Shown here one piece after another: positions 19,245 to 27,658 of a DNA stretch of 64,000 nt; within the stretch, counting starts at the first letter, position 1, and the number at the start of each line of letters is the position of its first letter. The stretch is from assembly GCA_963709905.1 (NCBI GenBank), contig CAVPYI010000018.1, positions 350,214 to 414,213 on the forward strand, read 5' to 3'. This DNA comes from an uncultured Gemmatimonadales bacterium (GTDB lineage Bacteria; Gemmatimonadota; Gemmatimonadetes; Gemmatimonadales; GWC2-71-9). A model generated the notes under the pieces. It was not told the origin of the DNA and made no database searches. It saw only the letters and a list, made by a program, of their open reading frames with translations. The position numbers and the translations under genes were made by a program.

Positions 19245-19848
19245 CGTACCTCCTCGCGATCACGGCCCCGAAGCCGATGTGCACCAGGCCGAACCCGGCG
19301 GCGAGCAGCCAGTCTCCCCAGGCCGCGGGGGCGAACAGCGCCACCGTTCCCAAGCCGACGAAACACGCGCCCATCACCGGCACCAGGGGCACTGACAGGG
19401 CCCCACCGGTCACCACACCGGTGCCATACAGGAGCAGCCATACCCCCGGGAGCAGGCCGGTCAAACCGGCCCGGTAGAGAACGACTGTCAGGACCGCGCC
19501 AGCCAGGATCGGCGGGACGTAGGCAAGCACGAAACGACGGCCGGGCTTGGAGGTGAGGGGGGTATCGCCGGCCGGGGCCTTCCGCACCATGGCGATCACG
19601 CCGATGGCGAAGGCCAACCAGCCCTCGGCGACCCAGGTCAGGAGCCACCGGTCGAGGGTGGGCTGCTGAGCCGCGATCCAGGCGGCGGCCAGGGCCGTCA
19701 CCCCCATCCCTACCCCGCCCCATCCTGGCACGCCGGTGAAGGAGTGGGCCCGTTCCATGGTGTCGCGGATGAAGCGGAGGTTTTCGATAGCCCGGTCCTG
19801 CAGCGGAACCTCTTCTGCAGCTGGGCGACGGGGACGGAGCTGGGGCAT
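19237..19848 (-). CDS. polytopic membrane protein, co-oriented partner of the wHTH regulator
   Basis: ATG 19848 inside ORF 19237-19899. Five to six hydrophobic helices, with an 8-nt overlap onto the regulator gene. Confidence 0.5.
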   Translation of the reverse strand: MPQLRPRRPAAEEVPLQDRAIENLRFIRDTMERAHSFTGVPGWGGVGMGVTALAAAWIAAQQPTLDRWLLTWVAEGWLAFAIGVIAMVRKAPAGDTPLTSKPGRRFVLAYVPPILAGAVLTVVLYRAGLTGLLPGVWLLLYGTGVVTGGALSVPLVPVMGACFVGLGTVALFAPAAWGDWLLAAGFGLVHIGFGAVIARRYGG

Positions 19849-19903
19849 GGAGCCAAGGTAGGGAGTAGGCTGAGTTTCGTCAAGTGCTTTGTACCACAAA
19901 GTC

Positions 19904-20109
19904 GGCGGCTCGGCGGCTCGGCGGCTCGGCGGCTCGGCGGCTCGGCGGCTCGGCGGCTCGGCGGCTCGGCGGCTCGGCGGCTCGGCGGCTCGGCGGCTCG
20001 GCGGCTCGGCGGCTCGGCGAAGGATGCCGAACTAGCTGGTTCGCGCAATGGTCCGTTCCGAGGAGGGACTCGCCCTAGTCTATTCACGAGCCGCCGAGCC
20101 GCCGAGCCG
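19904..20109. repeat. GGCGGCTC x~14 (19904-20018) plus complementary GAGCCGCC x~2.7 (20088-20109) at the 3' end of the giant surface-protein gene
   Basis: Direct reading; this is the longest array in the window. It generates the spurious (GGSAARRL)n / (PSRRAAEP)n ORFs. Confidence 0.9.
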
Positions 20110-20111
20110 TC

Positions 20112-23100
20112 CTATTGCACCTGCACCGGACGAACCCCGGCGGTGGTGGTGATGAATCCCGTGATGGCGGCGGAGATCGAGGCATTTCCTGGCGCGACCG
20201 GCCGGAGCCCTACCCCGCCGGTCGCCACGGTGGTCGGCGTGTAATAGAACCCGGCTGTAATCTGGGCCGTCTCCGAGGTGGCACCGGCCGTCTGGGTGCT
20301 GGTGACCATGGACGCCGCATTGACGTTACTGGTGTTGAACGTTGCCGTCAGCGGCCCCGGACCTCCCGCCCGGATGTTCTGCACCTGGGTCAGCGCCGTG
20401 TTCCCGACGTTCGGCGTACCGACCCGCACGTAGATGCCCACCACCGGCGCAGTCGACGAGACCGTGGCCGGCACCCCCTGCAGATCCAGGGCCCCCTGCA
20501 CGATGGTCATCACGGCATTGCCGTTGCCAAATCCGGTCGCGGTCACGGTCACGGCCGAGGTGGCCGTCTGAGTGACATTCTCGACACCCTGCACGTAGAA
20601 GCTCCGGAACGTCGTTCCGTCGGCCAGGTTGAAGCTGACCTGCTGCTGGCCGGGCGTGGTTGCGTCGGGGGACAGCAGGATCTGGGGGTTGGCGCTGTTC
20701 AAGGTGACCGTCACCCCGCCGTGCTCCGGCGCGGCCAGCGAGAGGCTGGTAGCCTCCTGCAACCCGCTCCCCACCGTCAGCGTGCCTACCGTGATCCCGG
20801 GCTGCGATACGGTGATGGGTCGGGTTGCCTGGGAAGTCGCGATCACGCCAGGAATAGATGCGACCACGCTGGTCGATCCGATGATGAGCGGGTGGAAGGC
20901 GACGCCACCCGAGGTGGTGTCGGTGGGCGTGTAGTAGAGCCCGACCGGGATAGTCGCCTGGTGCGTGGTGCTCGGTGCCGCTCCCGCCTTGAGGAGTTCA
21001 CCCACCCCGTTGGCCGGTACAAGGGTGAACGTCGCCGTGAGCGGTACGCCACCGGCCCGGATGTTCTGGACCTGGGTCAGTGCGGTGTTCTGGGCATTCG
21101 CCGTACCCACACGGACGTAGGCCGCACTGGCCGCGGCCAACGTCGTGGTCGTGGTCGGGACCCCCTGGAGGTCAATCGCAACCGGGACGATAGTCTGGGT
21201 GCTGGTGCCATCGGTGAATCCCGAGGCGCTCACCGTTACGGTGGTGGCGGTCAGCTGGCTTACACCCTCGTTGCCCTGGACGTAGAAGCTTCGGAAAGTC
21301 TCTCCGTCATTCAGGTTGAACGAGATGCTCCCCTGGCCCGGTGCGGTTGAGCTGGTCGACAGCAGCATGGCCGCATTGGAGCTGGTCAGCGTGACCGTCA
21401 CGCCACCGTGGTTGGCGGCACCGAGGCTGAAGCTGGTTGCATCCTGGAGCCCGCTGCCGACCGTGAGGCTGCCGACCGTGATCCCGGGCTGGGACACCGT
21501 GATGGACCGCGTCGCCTGGGCGGTCGCGATGAAGTCCGGGATGGTGGCGCTCACGGTGGTCGTTCCGCCCAGCAGCGGATGGAACGCCACTCCGCCTGAG
21601 GTGGTGTCGGTCGGCGTGTAGTACAGCGTCCCGCTGGCCGGGATGGTCGCGGTCTGGGTCTGTCCCGGGCCGGTCGCCGCCTTCAGGAGTTCCCCGATGC
21701 CCACCGGAGTAGTGAAGGTGGCCACCTTGGGCGTCCCGCCAAACCGCACGTTCTGCACCTGGGTCAGGGCGGTATTGGCCGCGTTCGGCGTCCCCGCCCG
21801 CACGTACACCGCGTTCGACGGCGACAGCGTGGTCGTCGTCCCCGGCAGTCCCTGCAGATCGATGGCCGGCGGGATGGCGTTCACCGTCCCGGTCCCGTTG
21901 CTGAAGCCGGTGGCCGAGACCGTGAGCGTCGCCGTCACCGTGTCGGTCACCCGCCCCTCCACCGCCTGCACGTAGAAGCTCTGGAACGTCGTCCCGTTCG
22001 GCAGCGTGAAGTTGATCGACGGCTGGCCCGCCGAGGTGGCGTTCGGTGCCACCAGCACGTCCGTACTCGAGCTGGCCACCGTCACCGTTACCCCGCCGTG
22101 GTTCGACGCCCCCAGGCTGAAGCTGGTGTTATCCTGGAGCCCGCTGCCCACCGTCAGGCTGCCGACCGTGATCCCCGGCTGCGACACGGTGATCGACCGG
22201 GTGGCCTGGGTGGTCGAGATGAAGTCCGGGATGGTGGCACTCACCGTCGTGCCGCCCGCCAGGAGCGGGTGGAAGGCCACTCCGCCCGACGTGGTATCGG
22301 TCGGGGTGTAGTACAGCGTCCCGTTGGCCGGGATGGTCGCAGTCTGGGTCAACCCCGGCGCCGTGGCCGCCTTGAGCAGCTCCCCGAAGCCGTTCGATGG
22401 CGTCGTGAAGGTGGCCACCTTGGGCGTCCCGCCGAAGCGGACGTTCTGCACCTGGGTCAGGGCGGTGTTGGCCGCGTTCGGCGTCCCCGCCCGCACGTAC
22501 ACCGCGTTCGACGGCGACAGCGTGGTCGTCGTCCCCGGCAGCCCCTGCAGATCGATGGCCGGCGGGATGGCGTTCACCGTCCCGGTCCCGTTGCTGAAGC
22601 CCGTGGCCGAGACCGTGATCGTGGCCGTCACCGTGTCGGTCACCCGCCCCTCCAGCGCCTGCACATAGAAGGTCTGAAACGTCGTCCCGTTCGGCAGCGT
22701 GAAGTTGATCGACGGCTGTCCAGTCGAGGTGGCGTTCGGCGCTACCAGCACGTCCGGGCTCGAGCTGGCCACCGTCACCGTCACCCCGCCATGGTTGGAC
22801 GCCCCGAGGCTGAAGCTGGTCTGGTCCTGCAGTCCGCTGCCCACCGTCAGGCTGCCGACCGTGACCCCCGGCTGCGACACGGTGATGGACCGCGCAGCCT
22901 GGGTGGTCGAGATGAAGTCCGGGATGGTGGCACTCACCGTCGTGCCGCCCGCCAGGAGCGGGTGGAACGCCACCCCACCCGACGTGGTATCGGTCGGGGT
23001 GTAGTACAGCGTCCCGTTGGCCGGGATGGTCGCGGTCTGGGTCAACCCCGGTGCGGTGGCCGCCTTGAGCAGCTCGCCGAAGCCGTTCGATGGCGTCGTG

Positions 23101-26063
23101 AAGGTGGCCACCTTGGGCGTCCCGCCGAACCGGACGTTCTGCACCTGGGTCAGGGCGGTGTTGGCCGCGTTCGGCGTCCCCGCCCGCACGTACACCGCGC
23201 TCGACGGCGACAGCGTGGTCGTCGTCCCCGGCAGCCCCTGCAGATCGATGGCCGGCGGGATGGCGTTCACCGTCCCGGTCCCGTTGCTGAAGCCCGTGGC
23301 CGACACCGTGATCGTGGCCTGGACCGTGTCCGTGACCCGGCCCTCCACCGCGTGCACGTAGAAGCTCTGGAACGCCGTCCCGTTCAGCAGCGTGAAGTTG
23401 ATCGACGGCTGGCCCGCGGTGGTGGCGTTCGGCGCTACCAGCACGTCCGGGCTCGAACTGGCCACCGTCACCGTCACCCCGCCGTGGTTGGACGCCCCGA
23501 GGTTGAAGCTGGTCGCGTCCTGGAGCCCGCTGCCTACCGTGACACTTCCCACCGTAATTCCCGGAAGGACCTGCACGGTGGCGTTGATGCTGTCCGCCAG
23601 CAGGTTCGTCGCCTGGGCCAGGAGCTTGGTGGTGCACGGCAACGACGCCGACCCACCGTACGTGAGCGTCGCGGTGGTGCTCACGAGACCGGTGGGAATG
23701 GTGACCGGCGTCGTGACCGCAAGACAGCTGGGGTCGGTCGGCGTGAGGTCGACCGTGATCCCTGGCGAGGGCGCGGCCGCCGGGACGCCGCTGCTCTCGA
23801 AGTTGATGGTGATCGAGGTGCCGAAGCTCTGGTTCAGCGTGGCCGACGCCTGCACGATGTTGAGCGACGCGGTGGTGCTGGCCGCGGTGACGCCGTCGAT
23901 GTAGGCCGGGTTGGAGACCGTGATCGTCGCCGGCCCGGGGAGCACGCCGTTGAGCGTGGCGTTCGCGGTCTGGCCGCCGGCCGCGATGGTCACGGGCGAC
24001 GTGGCGACGCTGACGTTTCCGGGCGCGCTGCTCTGGACGGTGAAGGTGACCCCACCGGCTGGCGCCGGATCGGGCAGCTGGATCGGCAGCGAGGCGGTAC
24101 CGCCGTACGGCACGTTCAGGGTGGCCGGCACGCTGATGTTCCGGTTCTGCACCGTGATCGGTAGCGTGCCATCGGTGAAGCCCGTGGCGGTCACCCGAAG
24201 CGTGGTACTCCCCACGGCCACGCCGTTCACCACGAAGTCGACGGTGGTGCTCCCCTGCGGGATGGTCCGGGTGGCAGGGGCCTGAACACCGACGATTCCG
24301 GTCGGGGGATCACTCGCCAGCGTCACGGCGACTCCACCCGCCGGCGCGGCGGCGGGAATCGTCGCCCGCACCGTAGTCGAAAGTCCCACGCCGACCCCGG
24401 GGACCCCGACAAACGACAGCGTGATCGGGGACGGCCCGAAGGTGGCCGTCGCCGTGAAGGTGGCCGTCCCTCCCGCCAAGGCGGAGGCCGTCTGGCTCGG
24501 CGCCGTGGGGCCGAGTGTCCAGGTCGCCTGGGCACGGCCATTCACATCGGTCGGGCCGCTGGCAGGGGAGAACGAGCCGCCGTCGGGTGTTGCCCAGTTC
24601 ACCGTCACCTGGGGCATCGGGTTGCCCTGTATGTCGAGCACCTCGACGACCAGAGGGCTCGCCAGCGGCGCCCCGGCGGGACCGGTCTGGCCATCTCCCG
24701 AGATCACGGTCACGATACAGCACCCATCCACCAGGACGGCGATGCCCGTGAAGCTCACGGAGGGGAGCGTGCCAACAGTCGCGGTGAGGGTGTAGCTGCC
24801 CGTGGTCTGGGGCATTGTCCAGCTGCCCACCGTCGCCACACCATTGGCGTCCGTGGTCTGGGTGGCACCCGTGATGGTGCCGTTACCCGGCTGGACGGCG
24901 AAGGTCACGGTGGCATTGGGAACCGGCAGGTTCGCCGCGTCGCGCACGATCACCGACGGCGGGGACGAGACCGGCGTGTTGATCCCCGCGGTCTGGGAGA
25001 GCGGCGAGTTCGCCGCGACGCTCGCCGGCGGGCCCGGTGCTGCGACCGCGATGGCGCTGAAGATCACCGGCGAGCCGATGAGTCCGCTGGCCGTCGCTTC
25101 GACCGTGATGGGCCCGGCAGCCGAACCGGCGGTGACCACCGTCTGGGCACGGCCCTGGCCATCGGTGGTGGTCGACAGCGGAGTGACCGACGTGCCGCTC
25201 GGCCCGAGCGTGACGGCGAAGTCCACCGGATAGCCCGGCACGGGGTTGTTCTGGCCGTCCCTCACTTCGACCACCAGCGGAGCCGGAGCCTGGGTACCGA
25301 CCAGGACGCTCTGCCCGTCGCCGCTTACCAGCACGATCGCCACCGCAGTGGGCGCCCAGGACACCGTCCCGCTGGTTGTGAGCCCGTTGGGTGTCTGAGC
25401 CGTGATCGTCACGCTCCCCGAGCCGGTGAGCGGAGTGGTCACCGTGGCCTGGTTGAGACCCAGCGGCACCGGAGTGAGCAGCCCCGGATTGCTGGAGGTG
25501 AAGGACACCGGCACGCCAGTAAGCGTGGTGTTCCCCTGCATTACGACGGCTGAAAGCGTCGCCGTCTGACCGTTGCCGAGCGTCGTGAGCGCGGGAAAGA
25601 TGAGCTGGTCGGCCCCGAGCCCGGGACCGGTGTACGTCGGCGCAATCGGATTGGTAGTGGCCTGGCCCCCCGCCGTCGCGATCACGTTTCCAGTGGCGCG
25701 GTAGTACTCGATCCCTCCACCCCGGACGATGGCGGTGAAGATGAATTCCTCGGTCGTGCTCTGCAGATCGAGCGTAACCTCGATCCGCAGCTGGGTCGTG
25801 GTGGTGGACCATTCCGCCGACGTCAGAGTTCGACTGAAGGCCACCGTGTTGTCGGACACCCGTCGCAGCTCGAGCACTACTTCGTCGACGGGAATCGGGA
25901 ATTCGCGGGCGGCCACCAGGAGGGACCCGACATCCATGGTGCCCCGGACCGTGCCCCGGGGAGACATCGCGCTGTCGGTGGAGCATGTGGTCAACACCAA
26001 CGCCCCGGCGAGAACGCGGGCGGCGCGTCTCAAAACCCTCCAGCGGGGGGCGACGGGACTCAC
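20112..26063 (-). CDS. giant cell-surface protein (1983 aa) with Ig-like (Big_1-type) domains and five C-terminal ~230-aa tandem repeats; possible lipoprotein
   Basis: GTG start. Leader RRAARVLAGALVLTTCS. N-terminal half has SGDGQ..PLVVEVRD..GNPVPG modules typical of Big_1 domains. C-terminal half repeats PGITVGSLTVGSGLQD.TSFSLGASNHGGVTVTV... five times. The five + strand shadow ORFs with the MKL.. start recur at 687-693-nt spacing. Confidence 0.85.
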   Translation of the reverse strand: MSPVAPRWRVLRRAARVLAGALVLTTCSTDSAMSPRGTVRGTMDVGSLLVAAREFPIPVDEVVLELRRVSDNTVAFSRTLTSAEWSTTTTQLRIEVTLDLQSTTEEFIFTAIVRGGGIEYYRATGNVIATAGGQATTNPIAPTYTGPGLGADQLIFPALTTLGNGQTATLSAVVMQGNTTLTGVPVSFTSSNPGLLTPVPLGLNQATVTTPLTGSGSVTITAQTPNGLTTSGTVSWAPTAVAIVLVSGDGQSVLVGTQAPAPLVVEVRDGQNNPVPGYPVDFAVTLGPSGTSVTPLSTTTDGQGRAQTVVTAGSAAGPITVEATASGLIGSPVIFSAIAVAAPGPPASVAANSPLSQTAGINTPVSSPPSVIVRDAANLPVPNATVTFAVQPGNGTITGATQTTDANGVATVGSWTMPQTTGSYTLTATVGTLPSVSFTGIAVLVDGCCIVTVISGDGQTGPAGAPLASPLVVEVLDIQGNPMPQVTVNWATPDGGSFSPASGPTDVNGRAQATWTLGPTAPSQTASALAGGTATFTATATFGPSPITLSFVGVPGVGVGLSTTVRATIPAAAPAGGVAVTLASDPPTGIVGVQAPATRTIPQGSTTVDFVVNGVAVGSTTLRVTATGFTDGTLPITVQNRNISVPATLNVPYGGTASLPIQLPDPAPAGGVTFTVQSSAPGNVSVATSPVTIAAGGQTANATLNGVLPGPATITVSNPAYIDGVTAASTTASLNIVQASATLNQSFGTSITINFESSGVPAAAPSPGITVDLTPTDPSCLAVTTPVTIPTGLVSTTATLTYGGSASLPCTTKLLAQATNLLADSINATVQVLPGITVGSVTVGSGLQDATSFNLGASNHGGVTVTVASSSPDVLVAPNATTAGQPSINFTLLNGTAFQSFYVHAVEGRVTDTVQATITVSATGFSNGTGTVNAIPPAIDLQGLPGTTTTLSPSSAVYVRAGTPNAANTALTQVQNVRFGGTPKVATFTTPSNGFGELLKAATAPGLTQTATIPANGTLYYTPTDTTSGGVAFHPLLAGGTTVSATIPDFISTTQAARSITVSQPGVTVGSLTVGSGLQDQTSFSLGASNHGGVTVTVASSSPDVLVAPNATSTGQPSINFTLPNGTTFQTFYVQALEGRVTDTVTATITVSATGFSNGTGTVNAIPPAIDLQGLPGTTTTLSPSNAVYVRAGTPNAANTALTQVQNVRFGGTPKVATFTTPSNGFGELLKAATAPGLTQTATIPANGTLYYTPTDTTSGGVAFHPLLAGGTTVSATIPDFISTTQATRSITVSQPGITVGSLTVGSGLQDNTSFSLGASNHGGVTVTVASSSTDVLVAPNATSAGQPSINFTLPNGTTFQSFYVQAVEGRVTDTVTATLTVSATGFSNGTGTVNAIPPAIDLQGLPGTTTTLSPSNAVYVRAGTPNAANTALTQVQNVRFGGTPKVATFTTPVGIGELLKAATGPGQTQTATIPASGTLYYTPTDTTSGGVAFHPLLGGTTTVSATIPDFIATAQATRSITVSQPGITVGSLTVGSGLQDATSFSLGAANHGGVTVTLTSSNAAMLLSTSSTAPGQGSISFNLNDGETFRSFYVQGNEGVSQLTATTVTVSASGFTDGTSTQTIVPVAIDLQGVPTTTTTLAAASAAYVRVGTANAQNTALTQVQNIRAGGVPLTATFTLVPANGVGELLKAGAAPSTTHQATIPVGLYYTPTDTTSGGVAFHPLIIGSTSVVASIPGVIATSQATRPITVSQPGITVGTLTVGSGLQEATSLSLAAPEHGGVTVTLNSANPQILLSPDATTPGQQQVSFNLADGTTFRSFYVQGVENVTQTATSAVTVTATGFGNGNAVMTIVQGALDLQGVPATVSSTAPVVGIYVRVGTPNVGNTALTQVQNIRAGGPGPLTATFNTSNVNAASMVTSTQTAGATSETAQITAGFYYTPTTVATGGVGLRPVAPGNASISAAITGFITTTAGVRPVQVQ
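20115..23570 (-). repeat. intragenic tandem repeat, 5 copies of ~690 bp (copies 1-3 nearly identical, 4-5 diverged)
   Basis: Protein blocks starting PGITVGS(V/L)TVGSGLQD recur five times. Shadow ORFs 22324-22668 and 23017-23361 have almost identical translations. Confidence 0.8.
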
Positions 26064-26091
26064 GATCTGACCATGACCTTGTTGGATAAAG

Positions 26092-26106
26092 TCAAGCTAC
26101 AGGCCA
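26092..26106 (-). promoter_or_regulatory. weak candidate sigma-54 (-24/-12) promoter upstream of the giant surface-protein gene
   Basis: The minus strand reads TGGCCT-GTAGC-TTGA against consensus TGGCAC-N5-TTGC. The GG and the spacing are correct, but the -12 GC is GA. It lies ~30 nt upstream of GTG 26063 and next to a sigma-54 activator gene. Confidence 0.25.
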
Positions 26107-26178
26107 ACTTGCGCCGAGTCAAATCCGGCCTGACAAACCGACCCGACCGGCTTCACGGCTGTTGGGGGCCTGGAGCCC

Positions 26179-27486
26179 CTATTTCGGAAGCCAGAGTCGT
26201 GCCCGGCAGCCGCGGCGGTCCTCACGGTTCTCGAGCCGGAGGGAGCCACCGTGGACTTCGGCGATCTGCCGGGAGAGTGCCAGGCCGATTCCCGATCCAC
26301 CGGGCTTGGTGGTATAGAAGGGCACGAAGAGATTGGCGGTATCGGCGATCCCCGGCCCCTCGTCCTCGACCGTCACCTCGAGGCCGGCGGCGGCCAGCGC
26401 CCAGGTGATCCGGACGCCGCCGCCGGTCTCGGCCACGGCATCGACGGCGTTCCTGAGCAGGTTGATGAGCAGTTGCTCCAGTTGATCGCGATCGGCCTGG
26501 ATCGCCAGCGGCGGCCCGGCCACAATTTCGACTTCGCGGCGGCGCTCCAGCGCCACTACCCGCCGGACCCAGGGGTCGACTTCGACAGTGGCCTTGACCG
26601 GCTTGGGCAGCCGGGCCAGGCGGGCGTAGGCTGCCATGAACCTGCCTAACGCATCGGCCCGCTGGCCGATAATGTCCAGGCCCTGATGCAGGTCTTCTTC
26701 CTTGTCGGTCTCCTGCGATCCGCGGTCAATCAGGTTCCGCAGACTGCCGGCCAGCGACCGGATGGGCGCCAGCGAGTTATTGATCTCGTGGGAAAGGACC
26801 CGGATCAGCCGCTGCCACGCCTGCCGTTCCTCGGCCTGGAGGGTGCGGCTCACATCGGTGAGCACCACCAGTTGATGCGGACGACCATCCTGGCGGAACG
26901 TTCCCCGGCGGAGTTCCCACCGGCCGGGGTGCGGACCGCTCCGATCCAGCACCCGGGGCGATTCTCCCTCGAGACAATCCCCCAGGCCCAGCGCCGGCGC
27001 CGTGAGCCCGTGGAGGCGCTCGGCCGGCTGGCCCACGAGCCGCTCCCCGGCGCGGTTCACCAGGCGCAGCGCGCCGTTGTTATCGAAGGCGAAGACGGCG
27101 GCGTCGATCTCCGCCATGACGGTCCGGAGCAGCGCCGTCGCCTCCAACGCGCCGAGGCGCTGGCCGCGAAGGGTATCGGCCAGGGCATTGGCTTCCAGGT
27201 ACACCAGGCCCAGGGAATCATCCCGGGGGTCGGCCCGCCGGGCCCGAAGGGAGTAATCGCCTTCGCGGAGGGCGGCGAGGATGTTCGACAGGGTCTGGAG
27301 CGGGCGCACTACCCGCTCGTGGAGGGCTGCCAGGCCGATGGCCAGCGCACCCAGCACGAACAGGGCGACGGTCCACCGGACTTTGTCACTGAAATCACCG
27401 GACCAGAGCAGCCACAGGCCGAGCGCCACTCCCGGCGTCGCTGACAGGGCGGCGAGGAGGAGGACGCGTCGGGGGTGGGAGGGCAT
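26179..27486 (-). CDS. sensor histidine kinase (2 TM, HAMP, PAS-like, HisKA, HATPase_c)
   Basis: 435 aa with H-box LIRVLSHEINNSLAPI, N-box LLINLLRNAVDA, and G-boxes EDEGPGI / GGSGIGLALSRQI. Confidence 0.9.
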   Translation of the reverse strand: MPSHPRRVLLLAALSATPGVALGLWLLWSGDFSDKVRWTVALFVLGALAIGLAALHERVVRPLQTLSNILAALREGDYSLRARRADPRDDSLGLVYLEANALADTLRGQRLGALEATALLRTVMAEIDAAVFAFDNNGALRLVNRAGERLVGQPAERLHGLTAPALGLGDCLEGESPRVLDRSGPHPGRWELRRGTFRQDGRPHQLVVLTDVSRTLQAEERQAWQRLIRVLSHEINNSLAPIRSLAGSLRNLIDRGSQETDKEEDLHQGLDIIGQRADALGRFMAAYARLARLPKPVKATVEVDPWVRRVVALERRREVEIVAGPPLAIQADRDQLEQLLINLLRNAVDAVAETGGGVRITWALAAAGLEVTVEDEGPGIADTANLFVPFYTTKPGGSGIGLALSRQIAEVHGGSLRLENREDRRGCRARLWLPK

Positions 27487-27504
27487 GGGAGGGGAAGTTA
27501 GCAG

Positions 27505-27650
27505 GCTGTCGGCTATGCACTGTCGGCTGTCAGCTATCAGCTATCAGCTATCAGCTCTTGGGGGATCCCAACGTGCGCGTCGTGAATATGCCTGAAGGCT
27601 GAGATCTGACAACGGATCGCCCACAGCCGTCAGCGGACAGCCGACAGCCG
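27505..27650. repeat. inverted heptamer-repeat pair (GCTGTCG/GCTGTCA/GCTATCA x~7 at 27505-27556; complementary CTGACAA..GCCGTCAGCGGACAGCCGACAGCCG at 27606-27650) between response regulator and kinase genes
   Basis: Direct reading. There is a 12-nt perfect match (CTGTCGGCTGTC) between one arm and the reverse complement of the other. Confidence 0.8.
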
Positions 27651-27658
27651 CCTCCGCC

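Noticed and set aside
19710-20244. ORFs encoding (PSRRAAEP)n / (GGSAARRL)n peptides (19710-20087, 19744-20244, 19884-20078; also 11106-11657 and 11198-11593)
   Set aside because: They are translations of the GGCGGCTC octamer arrays, which are open in every frame. There is no independent coding evidence, and they risk being mis-annotated as repeat proteins.
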